64,000 nt of DNA, from the IMG/VR virus record IMGVR_UViG_3300027834_000005, positions 62,001 to 126,000 of that record; one strand, given 5' to 3'. Within the stretch, counting starts at the first letter, position 1. Each line of letters starts with the position of its first letter. Under the pieces are notes generated by a model. It worked only from the letters and a program-made list of their open reading frames with translations, was not told where the DNA came from and ran no database searches. Shown here one piece after another: positions 1 through 10,096 of the stretch. A program made the translations under genes and the position numbers.

Positions 1-2
1 TT

Positions 3-290
3 GATGGCTCCATTAAATTCAACCATAGCTACGTTAATGGGTTCAAATGCGGGGAACAAACAACATGGAGAAGTAACGGCGTAATCTTCAGAAGTGAAAT
101 GTGCTCTTCAATCTCTGTGTTGCATGGCGAAGCAGTTGAAAGAGATAGAAACGGGTACGTAAATAGCCACTGCATATATGCTAATGGCGTGGTAGTTGAA
201 CGCCTTGACGATAGCGAACTCACCGACGAAGATAAGTTTGAGCTTAGGCTTAAGTACGGAGACATTGGTTTCCTAAAGCACTTCAAGTAG
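3..290 (+). CDS. Tag-array protein, MORN-variant class (5' partial)
   Basis: Frame open from window start; ends LTDEDKFELRLKYG. Confidence 0.8.
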   Translation, partial: DGSIKFNHSYVNGFKCGEQTTWRSNGVIFRSEMCSSISVLHGEAVERDRNGYVNSHCIYANGVVVERLDDSELTDEDKFELRLKYGDIGFLKHFK

Positions 291-298
291 GAACGTAT

Positions 299-619
299 AT
301 GAGACAAGTTGATCGTGATGACATAGTTACAGGTACGAAGTTCTTATTGGTAGCTAAGCACACTAATGATATTGTCATTGGCGAGGTAATTTCAAAGTCT
401 AGAAGTAATTTTTACTACAAGATTGGAAACGGTAGAGTTTACGTGTTGGGTTTCACCACTACGGAGGTTTTGCCTGTGCCCGATTTGAGGGTCATACCAT
501 TAGACTATATGGATTGGTATGTGGAACAGGGCGAAATCAGAGACCAAGACGTTTTCCTCGCTAAGTTAAGTGGTGACTGGAACGACGTAGTAGATAAGAT
601 AACAGGAAGAAATCTATGA
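299..619 (+). CDS. Tag-array protein, LSGDW class
   Basis: DQDVFLAKLSGDW. Confidence 0.8.
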   Translation: MRQVDRDDIVTGTKFLLVAKHTNDIVIGEVISKSRSNFYYKIGNGRVYVLGFTTTEVLPVPDLRVIPLDYMDWYVEQGEIRDQDVFLAKLSGDWNDVVDKITGRNL

Positions 620-1002
620 CCATGCGTATTGTTACTTCTAGGGACCTAATCAATGAAGGAATGGAGCTTCTCCTTTTTTCATTCACTGATAAGGAGAAGC
701 ACTCACACGGCATATTCGTAGAGAAGTCTGTATCTATGTGGACTGAAGGCCCAGAGTATATAATAGATATCACCAGAAAAGACGGTAACACTACAAAGTT
801 TGGTGCTAAGAAACATGTATTAATGGGTGTCGTACCTTACTCAGAAAAAGATGGCATCAAGAAGTTCTTGGTTGCTATACCAGTTTCAAGTTTAGATGAG
901 AACGACCTGTTTCTGTTAAAACTAAGTAATAATGCTGATCATATAAGAGCTAAGACAAAAAAGCTTATCAACTCATATTCAATTGAACACTGGGTAGACT
1001 AA
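616..1002 (+). CDS. Tag-array protein, LSGDW class
   Basis: DENDLFLLKLSNN; ATGA overlap. Confidence 0.8.
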   Translation: MTMRIVTSRDLINEGMELLLFSFTDKEKHSHGIFVEKSVSMWTEGPEYIIDITRKDGNTTKFGAKKHVLMGVVPYSEKDGIKKFLVAIPVSSLDENDLFLLKLSNNADHIRAKTKKLINSYSIEHWVD

Positions 1003-1433
1003 TGTCGGAATTAAAACGCATAGTAGAAAGAAGTGGCGGAATCATAGAAACGTTCCAAGTTGATGAAACTGGCTCGAAACAGGGAGTCAGTGTTAGGACG
1101 TTCGAGAACGGAAAGCCATGGCTTATATCTTATTACCAAAATGGGTTCTTACATGGCGAATTCATAGAGCTGCACGAAGATGGGTACATACGTGAGCACT
1201 CTATGTACTCTAATGGTAAACAGTGCGGCGAGATGGTATTAAAAAGAGATGACAGGGTAGTACGCCATGAAATATGGTATAGTGCAGAATTGGTCCATAC
1301 ATTCATGTATCTTGGATCTATTTTCTGTGAACCAACAGAAGAAACCAAGTTTGAAATGACACTTAAATACGGCACCAAGTGGTTACCCAAGAGGACATAT
1401 GAAGAGTTATCAGCTGAATTTGAACAGTCCTAA
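1002..1433 (+). CDS. Tag-array protein, MORN-variant class
   Basis: YQNGFLHGEF repeats; PTEETKFEMTLKYG. Confidence 0.85.
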   Translation: MSELKRIVERSGGIIETFQVDETGSKQGVSVRTFENGKPWLISYYQNGFLHGEFIELHEDGYIREHSMYSNGKQCGEMVLKRDDRVVRHEIWYSAELVHTFMYLGSIFCEPTEETKFEMTLKYGTKWLPKRTYEELSAEFEQS

Positions 1434-1722
1434 TTATAGAACTATAAATAAAAAAACATTAGTTCAAGATCTACCTCATAACACAATGCTTATCGGCATA
1501 GATAAGCATAATAGTGGGGATGCGATACACATACAGATTGGCGAAGATGGACGTCATATGTGTAACGGTTCGGTATGCTCTAACCTGCATCTTGATAATG
1601 ATAGATACGCATATGTACCTGAATCTAGCCTAAGTGAAGAAGCCGTGTTCGAAGCTAAGTTGCGTGGTGATTGGAGTGAAGTGGCAATTGAAGCTGCTTC
1701 ACTATACTACCGTGTCTATTAA
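1399..1722 (+). CDS. Tag-array protein, LSGDW class
   Basis: SEEAVFEAKLRGDW; start uncertain. Confidence 0.75.
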   Translation: MKSYQLNLNSPNYRTINKKTLVQDLPHNTMLIGIDKHNSGDAIHIQIGEDGRHMCNGSVCSNLHLDNDRYAYVPESSLSEEAVFEAKLRGDWSEVAIEAASLYYRVY

Positions 1723-1729
1723 TCCGTAT

Positions 1730-2155
1730 ATGAATCTTCCATTCGACCATCTCATATTCACTACGGATATGGAAGTGGGGAAGGAAATATTAGTGTACCG
1801 TCATGATGATCACGCTGGTGACAGGTATTCTTTTAAGGCTAATATATTCAGAGTACATGATGAATGTGATAGTGATGGTGATTATGATATGCAGCGCATG
1901 ATTGCCTCCCCAGATAACGTGATGGATCAGAAATTCAGCTTTGTTAGACTAGATGAATATAATGGCAACAAACTATGGATGGATTGCATTACGTTATTAG
2001 GTATACCTATACGGTATATAACCGATGAAGATCAGTTTCATGCCAGACTCACTGGGGATTGGAGAGACGTTGCTGATAAAATACGTATAGCTAGAGATGC
2101 GTACGATGAGAATGTTTTGGCTAAAGACTTAGAGGACTTCTTTGATGACTTATAG
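1730..2155 (+). CDS. Tag-array protein, LSGDW class
   Basis: TDEDQFHARLTGDW; start uncertain (GTG 1712 possible). Confidence 0.75.
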   Translation: MNLPFDHLIFTTDMEVGKEILVYRHDDHAGDRYSFKANIFRVHDECDSDGDYDMQRMIASPDNVMDQKFSFVRLDEYNGNKLWMDCITLLGIPIRYITDEDQFHARLTGDWRDVADKIRIARDAYDENVLAKDLEDFFDDL

Positions 2156-2471
2156 TTACTACCCGATAACAAAGCTTACTGATATACAACCATCAGATAC
2201 AGTGTATTACGTGTCTTTAAATCTACGTCAAGGTGTCAATCCTTTGACAGTTAGTATTGATGATGAATCGTGTATAACTTTAACGGCGGCTATGCCTACT
2301 AAATCAGGTAATGACAGTATTGAGTTGAAACATTATCACCTCCCTGATCAATACTCTAGTGAATTCTTAGTAAGAGCTGACAATATAGACCCTAAAGACA
2401 TATTTTATGTTAAGATTTCAGGGGACTACAAAGACCTACACAGGAAAGTATTAGATGCGTTCGAAAGGTGA
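2145..2471 (+). CDS. Tag-array protein, LSGDW class
   Basis: DPKDIFYVKISGDY. Confidence 0.8.
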   Translation: MTYSYYPITKLTDIQPSDTVYYVSLNLRQGVNPLTVSIDDESCITLTAAMPTKSGNDSIELKHYHLPDQYSSEFLVRADNIDPKDIFYVKISGDYKDLHRKVLDAFER

Positions 2472-2790
2472 TATTAGTTGTGATTTTTACATGGAGTGTT
2501 TCGAATGTGCTGGTTTCTATTCATACGAAAAAGAACACGCACTAGGTGACATAATTAACGTGTTCGTTTATAGAGAATATGAACATGATTTCGTCATTAA
2601 AATAAGTTATCTAACTCCACTACATGAAACTAAATGGGGAATGATAACCGTAGAAGAAGACCACATCGTCATGGAGTTCGGTGTCAATGGTACATTCAAA
2701 TTCAAGCTTAGTATGACTGAAGATATAAAGTTTCAAAAATTACTTGATGGGTCTTTACCTACTATTTTTTTAGACGTGGATATAATATGA
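2455..2790 (+). CDS. Tag-array protein, LDGxLP class
   Basis: MTEDIKFQKLLDGSLP. Confidence 0.8.
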   Translation: MRSKGDISCDFYMECFECAGFYSYEKEHALGDIINVFVYREYEHDFVIKISYLTPLHETKWGMITVEEDHIVMEFGVNGTFKFKLSMTEDIKFQKLLDGSLPTIFLDVDII

Positions 2791-3149
2791 AAGATATTTA
2801 CACAGAATCAAACTTTGAATTGATATGCATTAAGACAGAACATACTCCTATGACGTACGGTCATGTCCTTGGTAAAGTCCAACATATTACGTACACTTGT
2901 ACCTCTAAAAACGGAATAGTCCACGGTATACGTACCAACAGGGATACATACCAAACCACTAACAGAACGGAGGGGTATGCTAGTCTATTGTACGGAGGCG
3001 GTAGTTTAGGAGAATATGCACTGTACGTATTTAATATGGACGAAGAAGAGAAGTTTAAAAAAATATTAGATGGTTCCATCCCAACCTATCTGTCACACGT
3101 GATCACTGAAGGAGAGCACAATGAAAGAAAGAAGCGTATGTTTAAGTGA
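2787..3149 (+). CDS. Tag-array protein, LDGxLP class
   Basis: MDEEEKFKKILDGSIP. Confidence 0.8.
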   Translation: MKDIYTESNFELICIKTEHTPMTYGHVLGKVQHITYTCTSKNGIVHGIRTNRDTYQTTNRTEGYASLLYGGGSLGEYALYVFNMDEEEKFKKILDGSIPTYLSHVITEGEHNERKKRMFK

Positions 3150-3447
3150 TGGCGGTGGCAGAACAAAGTATTTCACTGACGAGGCTGGAGATGCCCAAGG
3201 TCTTTTTCTAGGATTCAGTGAAGAAGGCTACCTATGTACTCGTTGTATATTCTTGGACGATAAATGGCATGGTGAGTACGTACGGTACGATAAAGAAGGT
3301 AGCGTTATTGAGCGAGAGTTTTATGAACATGGTGTCCGTATTGTATTACCACCACACATGAACACGTTAAACCTTACGGACGAAGATCTATTCGAATTGA
3401 GATTCACCCACCACGAAATACAATACTTGCCGGAGATGGGAGAATGA
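3121..3447 (+). CDS. Tag-array protein, MORN-variant class
   Basis: WHGEYVRY; LTDEDLFELRF. Confidence 0.8.
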   Translation: MKERSVCLSDGGGRTKYFTDEAGDAQGLFLGFSEEGYLCTRCIFLDDKWHGEYVRYDKEGSVIEREFYEHGVRIVLPPHMNTLNLTDEDLFELRFTHHEIQYLPEMGE

Positions 3448-3845
3448 TAATGCCGAGAAAGGAACAAATAATTGATTTCGAAGACAATGAGTTACCAATA
3501 TACTGCGTCCATGCTGACGAAATAGCTAAGCAGCAAGGCGGTCATTTTGTCGGACGCGAAGTCTACCTAACCAGATACTCAAAAACAGGTAGGTATATGG
3601 TATTGAAAGTTAAAGACAAAAGCAATGATACGTTTGAACATGTAACTTTCATATTATGTAAGGGGGTCCTAGTGGCTTCCTATTCAGAAAGCGACATCAC
3701 TATGTATATTCTTAACATGTCTGATATAGATTTGTTCCAAGCTAAACTGGAAGGCGCACACCCCACGTACTTACTTGACACCACCAGAGACAAAGACACG
3801 GATCTGCCTACGATAGAAGACATTCGTGAAACGATAAGGTCCTAA
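3444..3845 (+). CDS. Tag-array protein, LDGxLP class
   Basis: MSDIDLFQAKLEGAHP. Confidence 0.8.
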   Translation: MIMPRKEQIIDFEDNELPIYCVHADEIAKQQGGHFVGREVYLTRYSKTGRYMVLKVKDKSNDTFEHVTFILCKGVLVASYSESDITMYILNMSDIDLFQAKLEGAHPTYLLDTTRDKDTDLPTIEDIRETIRS

Positions 3846-3846
3846 C

Positions 3847-4191
3847 ATGGATTCATACTGTCTAATAGAAAACATAAATGACTTAGAGAAAGGCGAATGG
3901 TACTACAGTATATTACGAAATGAGGCACATAGATGCGCTAAGATTAGTAGATACGCCCATTACCGTTCGATAGCATATATGATCCTTAAGGGCTATGAAT
4001 ATTCGCAAGACGGTTGGCTAGACGACGATGACATAACAGTATTCAATAAGGACCCATACCTCTACATAAAATTAGATTTGATCTCTGATGAAGACATGTT
4101 CCTCAGTAAGATGAGCGGTGATGGCTCCCACATAAAAGAGAAGGCTTACGTAGTTTCACACGGTTGTTATTATACCGAACTAACACGTTGA
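3847..4191 (+). CDS. Tag-array protein, LSGDW class
   Basis: SDEDMFLSKMSGD. Confidence 0.8.
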   Translation: MDSYCLIENINDLEKGEWYYSILRNEAHRCAKISRYAHYRSIAYMILKGYEYSQDGWLDDDDITVFNKDPYLYIKLDLISDEDMFLSKMSGDGSHIKEKAYVVSHGCYYTELTR

Positions 4192-4216
4192 CAACGTCAT
4201 CATAATAAGGTAAAAT
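4188..4216 (+). promoter_or_regulatory. sigma70-type promoter inside array
   Basis: TTGACA-N17-TAAAAT; similar 17-bp-spacer promoters at 5790-5818 (TTGCCA/TATAAT) and 11395-11423 (TTGCAT/TACAAT). Confidence 0.7.
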
Positions 4217-4240
4217 GCTCGCTCAAGTAAGGGACTAAAC

Positions 4241-4624
4241 ATGACGCAGCAAACTGAAAGAAACCTAGACATCGTAGAAGAACTATCTGTGGGCGAAGTC
4301 TTCTTAGTAATGGATAAGGAGAAAGGCACTTCATGTTTATATGAGAAGATGCCAGATTCTGACGATTTGTTCGATTCGCCTAACTTCACTCGCATAGCTG
4401 GCGACCCAGAGATGAGAACATACGCCACAGTTTCCTATACCAATTTGGTCGTGTATAAACCATGCGAAACTAACTTCTTAGTTAAGGAAGAGAGTCTATT
4501 CCATGCCAAGCTATCAGGTGACTGGAGTCCGGTTCATCAAGATATCATGGCTCACCGTAAGAGATACTATGATGTGTACGTGCTGGACACCCATAATGCA
4601 TGGCAAGAGTCAAGAAAACAATAG
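4241..4624 (+). CDS. Tag-array protein, LSGDW class
   Basis: KEESLFHAKLSGDW. Confidence 0.8.
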   Translation: MTQQTERNLDIVEELSVGEVFLVMDKEKGTSCLYEKMPDSDDLFDSPNFTRIAGDPEMRTYATVSYTNLVVYKPCETNFLVKEESLFHAKLSGDWSPVHQDIMAHRKRYYDVYVLDTHNAWQESRKQ

Positions 4625-5025
4625 GACATTATAACATGCACATTCCACTACACTGTACACAAGGTAACGTACAAGGTTCGTATTACCATCTTGCTTACCA
4701 TGCAAATGACACGGCGTTAGTATCCTTTCCTGAAGAACAACGCATAAGCACAGCTGGGTGTATGTTTGAATTTGAACCATCAGATGAAGAAGACGGTGAT
4801 TATTATATATGCTACGTGATAGATGGCGTGTTAGTTGTACCTTTTAGTGACGCGATTGTATACGTATTCGTTCTTGACATGACCGAGGAATCCAAATTCC
4901 AATGTCTACTTGATGGATCATTACCGTCCGTAATGTCTACCGTAACCAATGACAAGAACGTAAAAGTAGATATCACCTTCGATAGAATAAGTGAGCATCT
5001 GGAAGAATATCGCAACGTCATATAA
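4600..5025 (+). CDS. Tag-array protein, LDGxLP class
   Basis: MTEESKFQCLLDGSLP. Confidence 0.8.
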   Translation: MARVKKTIGHYNMHIPLHCTQGNVQGSYYHLAYHANDTALVSFPEEQRISTAGCMFEFEPSDEEDGDYYICYVIDGVLVVPFSDAIVYVFVLDMTEESKFQCLLDGSLPSVMSTVTNDKNVKVDITFDRISEHLEEYRNVI

Positions 5026-5047
5026 TTACCATTCATTGGAGAATACG

Positions 5048-5500
5048 ATGATAAAATCAGAAAGTGGCAAAGACATAGTAGCCCACACTTTATACCATGA
5101 CAGTAAAGGTCTTGAGGTTGGCCTATGCGTTTTCATGCACGATTCCGTCACTATGCGCGAAACTTCAGAGTATTCCCGTGGGGACTATCACGGTGTTAGG
5201 AAGACTTGGTACACCAATGGACAACAATCTACTTACTCGGTGTACGAACACGGACGAAAAAACGGTATCTATCTCAGTTGGGACCTTGAGGGCAGACTAA
5301 ATTGCGTCATGTATTTCTGCAACGGTAAAAGACATGGGGAAATGAAGAGATATTCCTCTACAGGCGACTTATTTCATAAAATTCTCATCGATGATCACCC
5401 TCACTGTACCATGCCTATCACTGAAGAAGACAAGTTCGAACTGTGCCTTAGACACGAAGGATTATCTTTCATAGAGGACGACTATGATATACGACCATAA
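5048..5500 (+). CDS. Tag-array protein, MORN-variant class
   Basis: HGVRKTWYTNGQ; ITEEDKFELCLRH; RBS GGAG. Confidence 0.85.
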   Translation: MIKSESGKDIVAHTLYHDSKGLEVGLCVFMHDSVTMRETSEYSRGDYHGVRKTWYTNGQQSTYSVYEHGRKNGIYLSWDLEGRLNCVMYFCNGKRHGEMKRYSSTGDLFHKILIDDHPHCTMPITEEDKFELCLRHEGLSFIEDDYDIRP

Positions 5501-5798
5501 CAATGACGTTCCTAACGGAGAGATAGTCATAAACATGAACGAAGAGCTTATGGTTCCTTGGTCATGTAATCCTAGAATGAAACTTTCCTATGGAATTAAA
5601 CTTGACTTAGTAAATGGTAGACGTTTCTCTATACTTACTAACGTCCGTAAAGTTCATATGGTGTGTACGTTGGATGAGTTCAAATGCATAACTGAAGATA
5701 TGCTATTCCAAGCTCGCCTATCTGAAGACTGGAATGAGGTTGCCACTGCACTAAAGGATAATTCTCCATACCCATATATAAAACGTGACTTGCCATAA
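5484..5798 (+). CDS. Tag-array protein, LSGDW class
   Basis: TEDMLFQARLSEDW. Confidence 0.8.
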   Translation: MIYDHNNDVPNGEIVINMNEELMVPWSCNPRMKLSYGIKLDLVNGRRFSILTNVRKVHMVCTLDEFKCITEDMLFQARLSEDWNEVATALKDNSPYPYIKRDLP

Positions 5799-5850
5799 CG
5801 TCGAATATACTGTATAATTACGCTCACACCTGAAGAGTCCAAATAATACT

Positions 5851-6234
5851 ATGAATTTAAAACTTATCGAGACTGATAACGAGTTATACCATATTGATGC
5901 CACTGGTAAAATTCAAGGTGAATACCGCAGAAGATACCGTAGTGGCGCTCGTCAAGTGAGAAGCTTCTACGTAGATGATAAAGCGGAAGGAATGTTTCGT
6001 AGTTGGCATGAAAATGGCACGCCTTGTGTCAATTGCATGATGAAAAACAATGCACCGCATGGTGAATATTTGATGCTGCACGATTGTGGATCAGTCAACG
6101 AACACACCATCCACATTGATGGCGTTACGATAGTGACTCCAGAACACATAGACGTTACAGACATGTCAGAGACAGACATGTTTGAATTGAAACTTTTATA
6201 TGGAGACATAGGTTTCCTTCGTGACAATAAATGA
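5851..6234 (+). CDS. Tag-array protein, MORN-variant class
   Basis: EGMFRSWHENG; SETDMFELKLLYG. Confidence 0.85.
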   Translation: MNLKLIETDNELYHIDATGKIQGEYRRRYRSGARQVRSFYVDDKAEGMFRSWHENGTPCVNCMMKNNAPHGEYLMLHDCGSVNEHTIHIDGVTIVTPEHIDVTDMSETDMFELKLLYGDIGFLRDNK

Positions 6235-6542
6235 CTACCATAAAGAAAAAAACCACTAATGGGTCCTATTGGCATGAAAATGACAACGGCGACAAGCATG
6301 GATTTTTCTGTAAGATGTACAGTAATGGGCTGCCATGGTGTGTGGGTTTCTACAGGAACAACGTATTACACGGCGAATCAATACACTTCAATAAAGATGG
6401 TACTGCCATAGAACGAGTCATATACATAGATGACTGCGCAGTAGAACGTCACGTTAGTCTGATGACCCCAGAAGAGAAATTTGAATACTGCTTGCGCAAT
6501 GGCCAAGTTGAATTCTTAGGAGAAGAATATGACGCCTTTTAA
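6231..6542 (+). CDS. Tag-array protein, MORN-variant class
   Basis: LHGESIHF; TPEEKFEYCLRNG. Confidence 0.8.
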   Translation: MTTIKKKTTNGSYWHENDNGDKHGFFCKMYSNGLPWCVGFYRNNVLHGESIHFNKDGTAIERVIYIDDCAVERHVSLMTPEEKFEYCLRNGQVEFLGEEYDAF

Positions 6543-6867
6543 TATGATGTGCACCAATATAATGGGCGATCTTTCGTTCACTAACGCACATAAGATAGGC
6601 ATTGGCGTCACAGTCAATAGGGTGATAAAACACTCAGACCGTGATGTGTACACATTTGAACTAACCCATCATGTAGATGGTTCTCACTATGACAATGAAT
6701 ACTACGTCACGTTTGAAGAAGGCAAGTTTAGGATTGCATATGGCATCCATGAGGACTGTAGTTTTTCATACGCGGTTTACGACATAGAATTTTTGAGTGA
6801 CGAAGAGCAATTCCATTGCGTGTTATCTGGTGAATTGCCTAAATGGATAGAGGTAGAATTCGAATGA
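6529..6867 (+). CDS. Tag-array protein, LDGxLP class
   Basis: LSDEEQFHCVLSGELP. Confidence 0.8.
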   Translation: MTPFNMMCTNIMGDLSFTNAHKIGIGVTVNRVIKHSDRDVYTFELTHHVDGSHYDNEYYVTFEEGKFRIAYGIHEDCSFSYAVYDIEFLSDEEQFHCVLSGELPKWIEVEFE

Positions 6868-7175
6868 ACTATAAGATGATCAGACACTTACCTCTTAATG
6901 AGCCGGTATACCACACTAATTCGTTAACAGGAAACATAGCCGGTGCCGTAATTAGAATGACCAAGTATAAATTATTAGATTTAGAAACAATGGACATACG
7001 GCCATTAGGATTCTACGGCGGTTACCGTGACTTTAAGCCTCTAACTAATCTCACTGCGGTGCCTGATGATTCTATATTCAAAGCTATTCTATCTGACGAT
7101 TGGAAAGAGGTACAATCACTCATTCCTTTCTATGCATTCCCATACACAGACGAACATGAAGGTATCAAGTTTTGA
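6864..7175 (+). CDS. Tag-array protein, LSGDW class
   Basis: PDDSIFKAILSDDW. Confidence 0.8.
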   Translation: MNYKMIRHLPLNEPVYHTNSLTGNIAGAVIRMTKYKLLDLETMDIRPLGFYGGYRDFKPLTNLTAVPDDSIFKAILSDDWKEVQSLIPFYAFPYTDEHEGIKF

Positions 7176-7552
7176 GTAATAATCACATAGACGAACCAGA
7201 AGTGGCATTTAACCTTACGCTTATAGATAGACAAGGTCATATAAACGAAAGAGTGGACTGTCCAGAAACAATGGCAGTGGACACGTTCATCTTATTAAGC
7301 GATGACGACATAGATGGCCTACCCGCGTATAGGATGTGGTATGGGGATGGTCATAGCTTTTACGTCACTGTGGAAGAAGGTAATGTGCGAGTTGGGTTTA
7401 ATTGCCGTACACAAGAAGACTATGCATATTTATTATATAGCATAGATGGTTTGACCGAGGAAGATAAACTATACTACGCATTAAGCGGTGAGTTACCTGA
7501 GTGTTTAGCTACGTGCATTGAAAAACGCACCGCAAAGAGATATACATTTTGA
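7172..7552 (+). CDS. Tag-array protein, LDGxLP class
   Basis: LTEEDKLYYALSGELP; TTG start. Confidence 0.75.
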   Translation: MSNNHIDEPEVAFNLTLIDRQGHINERVDCPETMAVDTFILLSDDDIDGLPAYRMWYGDGHSFYVTVEEGNVRVGFNCRTQEDYAYLLYSIDGLTEEDKLYYALSGELPECLATCIEKRTAKRYTF

Positions 7553-7842
7553 TATACGATAATGTGTTTGCAGTGCCTGAAGGTACATGGGTAGTTTCGT
7601 ACAGGTTAATATGTGATAACGTTGAAGTACAAGACATGTTCAAGAGAAAGTGCAAAGATTCCACTAAGTACATCATATGGGATTGCCCACATGAAGAGAC
7701 TCATGGATACCTATTACATAGTGAAAGCCTAGACACACTTGTCGATCTTATAGACATGGATGGCATAACAGAAGAGATGGTTTTCCATGCTGAGCTTTCG
7801 GGCGACTGGCATGAAATATTCACCACGTTAAATTTGGAGTGA
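7549..7842 (+). CDS. Tag-array protein, LSGDW class
   Basis: TEEMVFHAELSGDW; TTG start. Confidence 0.75.
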   Translation: MIYDNVFAVPEGTWVVSYRLICDNVEVQDMFKRKCKDSTKYIIWDCPHEETHGYLLHSESLDTLVDLIDMDGITEEMVFHAELSGDWHEIFTTLNLE

Positions 7843-7845
7843 AAC

Positions 7846-8142
7846 ATGAAGCTAACGATACTATTCATTATTGCGTTACTATCTCTACCATTGCACTCTA
7901 AAGAGAAACATAGAGAGGTAGTAGTGTGCGTGTCAGAGACGGCATCTGTTAGGTTCCATAAGGACACTGCTAGAGATAAAAGATATCGTGGTAATGAGTT
8001 AGTTAGTGTGAGTATTAAGGACTTACGTAGCGGTAAACGATTACGATTACGTAGTCGTGACTTCATAGACATGTCTTGTTTTTCAGAGCCAGCACCTAGG
8101 CCTATAACCCATGCCGATATACCTTACTTGGCGGTACTATGA
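7846..8142 (+). CDS. Secreted hypothetical protein (untagged)
   Basis: Signal-peptide-like MKLTILFIIALLSLPLHS; lacks tag. Confidence 0.7.
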   Translation: MKLTILFIIALLSLPLHSKEKHREVVVCVSETASVRFHKDTARDKRYRGNELVSVSIKDLRSGKRLRLRSRDFIDMSCFSEPAPRPITHADIPYLAVL

Positions 8143-8558
8143 GACACGATATAGCTAATATACGTACCTTACGTGGATTGAAAGAAGGCGAACTGTACTT
8201 AATTATATACTCGGCGGTGGGTTATGAGATAGGTAGAAGGACTTCATATGGCGGCATTATTTTATATACTATAGACGGTAGGCACCATGGTAATGAAAAA
8301 TCATACGGTACATTAGAACTGACCGTTGATCTATTGAGTAGTCATCTATGCAATCAAGAGCACATAACCAATATAGTTGGTGAAGAGGCTTTATTCTTAG
8401 CTAATCTATCTGGTGATTGGGAACAAGTATCAAACACTATCAACGATAACATAGTGATCGGATTGGATTCATACAGATATTTACGTAAGGTCCCATGGTA
8501 CGTGGTCTTTGGTATGAAAATAAAGAAAGCATTTGGTAACATAAGGAATACACTATGA
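8139..8558 (+). CDS. Tag-array protein, LSGDW class
   Basis: GEEALFLANLSGDW. Confidence 0.8.
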   Translation: MRHDIANIRTLRGLKEGELYLIIYSAVGYEIGRRTSYGGIILYTIDGRHHGNEKSYGTLELTVDLLSSHLCNQEHITNIVGEEALFLANLSGDWEQVSNTINDNIVIGLDSYRYLRKVPWYVVFGMKIKKAFGNIRNTL

Positions 8559-8974
8559 ACACTAAAGACGTACACGTGATATGTATACAGAACGAATTCG
8601 CTAACAAAGAGAACAAAGATAGTGAGCACATAATAGGGACGAAGTCAACCTTATCTAACGTAAAAAGAGAATATAACGAATACACTTTAGAACTTAGACA
8701 TCAATGTAATAAATCATCATATGGGTACTTTGGTAATATCGTTAACGATGTGATATTATTACCCTACGGGGACGGCAAGCACGCATTATATGTTTTGGAT
8801 TTATCGGACGAAGATAAATTCCAAGCTTCCCTTGACGGAACATTACACTCAGACTTCACATGCGTAACCAATGACGTTGACGTAGATATTACTGAACACC
8901 GTAAAATGCCAATGTGTGATATAACTAGTCACATAATGCATGGTTACTCTTACGTTGATCACAACGATGTTTGA
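8555..8974 (+). CDS. Tag-array protein, LDGxLP class
   Basis: LSDEDKFQASLDGTL. Confidence 0.8.
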   Translation: MNTKDVHVICIQNEFANKENKDSEHIIGTKSTLSNVKREYNEYTLELRHQCNKSSYGYFGNIVNDVILLPYGDGKHALYVLDLSDEDKFQASLDGTLHSDFTCVTNDVDVDITEHRKMPMCDITSHIMHGYSYVDHNDV

Positions 8975-9311
8975 CCTAATAGGACCTAGACCTAGAGGCG
9001 AATTTACTATCACATTAGATAGTTCTGAACACCTACGTTTTATACCAGATCTATCTAAGCATATGGTGGTCCATAACTTTACTGAGTGTCCCTACACACG
9101 TAATGATGGTAGTCCTATGTATCGTATGTATTATACCACAGAATATAGCGGATGGTACTTGTTGTACGTCTACTTTAAGGACGGTAATATAATGGTGTCG
9201 TACCCTCAAGAAAGAATCTATATGTACACGGTGGACTTATTGACCGACGAGGATAGAATGTACCATACCATATCGGGCACATCACCTGATTTTTTCTTAT
9301 TTAGGAAATAG
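8967..9311 (+). CDS. Tag-array protein, LDGxLP class
   Basis: LTDEDRMYHTISGTSP. Confidence 0.75.
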   Translation: MFDLIGPRPRGEFTITLDSSEHLRFIPDLSKHMVVHNFTECPYTRNDGSPMYRMYYTTEYSGWYLLYVYFKDGNIMVSYPQERIYMYTVDLLTDEDRMYHTISGTSPDFFLFRK

Positions 9312-9312
9312 A

Positions 9313-9606
9313 ATGTACTATACACTAGAAGACATACCCATCGGCACATACGTTTGTAGTCTTAGAGGGGACGGAACTATAATAGAGGCATTCGTCAAAC
9401 TAAAAGAAGATTGGGTATATGACTTCGAGACAGAGTGCGACGATACTTATGGTCTTCTGTATAAGAGACCTCCGTATATACTTCTGGAAAACTTAGTAGA
9501 CGCTGAACTAATATTTCATGCCAAACTAACAGGGGATCACACCGAACTCCGAGAAGCGACTATGCAGTTGAAATGGGACAATTCATTTGGCGAAATAGAT
9601 GACTAA
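9313..9606 (+). CDS. Tag-array protein, LSGDW class
   Basis: AELIFHAKLTGD; paralog of 11033..11380 (YDFET). Confidence 0.8.
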   Translation: MYYTLEDIPIGTYVCSLRGDGTIIEAFVKLKEDWVYDFETECDDTYGLLYKRPPYILLENLVDAELIFHAKLTGDHTELREATMQLKWDNSFGEIDD

Positions 9607-9685
9607 GTCGTATTAAAATGTTACTCTTTCATTTCCAAATGACACGAATGTGTGCTATAATCCTACGAATACAAAGGTCAATACC

Positions 9686-10096
9686 ATGAAACATAATAAT
9701 CATTTGCCGAAAGATATCCAGATAGCAAGCCGTGACGTCGAAGTTGGAAAGACATACATCATGATCGGTGTGAATGAGTCGGTGGCTGAATATATAGTAG
9801 TTACTAAGATAACTGACTTTGAAGTCCCTATGTTCGGGGGAGTAACCGACACAATAAGCTACGTTGATCTAACCAACGATAGGCTATATACGTGCGATAT
9901 TAATATATTCATAGACCACTTTAAGGATGCATACGTCACTACATTAGACAGTATTAAGTCCACGTTGGACGGGGAATACTTATTCCAAATGGCTTTAACC
10001 AGTAACGACGTTAACCTAGTTAGACTGTGGGTCGAAGATCATAATCTCATCCACACATACTGTGACGACCTTAGTGGACGAGGAAAGGCATCATGA
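9686..10096 (+). CDS. Tag-array protein, LSGDW class (divergent)
   Basis: DGEYLFQMALTSND. Confidence 0.75.
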   Translation: MKHNNHLPKDIQIASRDVEVGKTYIMIGVNESVAEYIVVTKITDFEVPMFGGVTDTISYVDLTNDRLYTCDINIFIDHFKDAYVTTLDSIKSTLDGEYLFQMALTSNDVNLVRLWVEDHNLIHTYCDDLSGRGKAS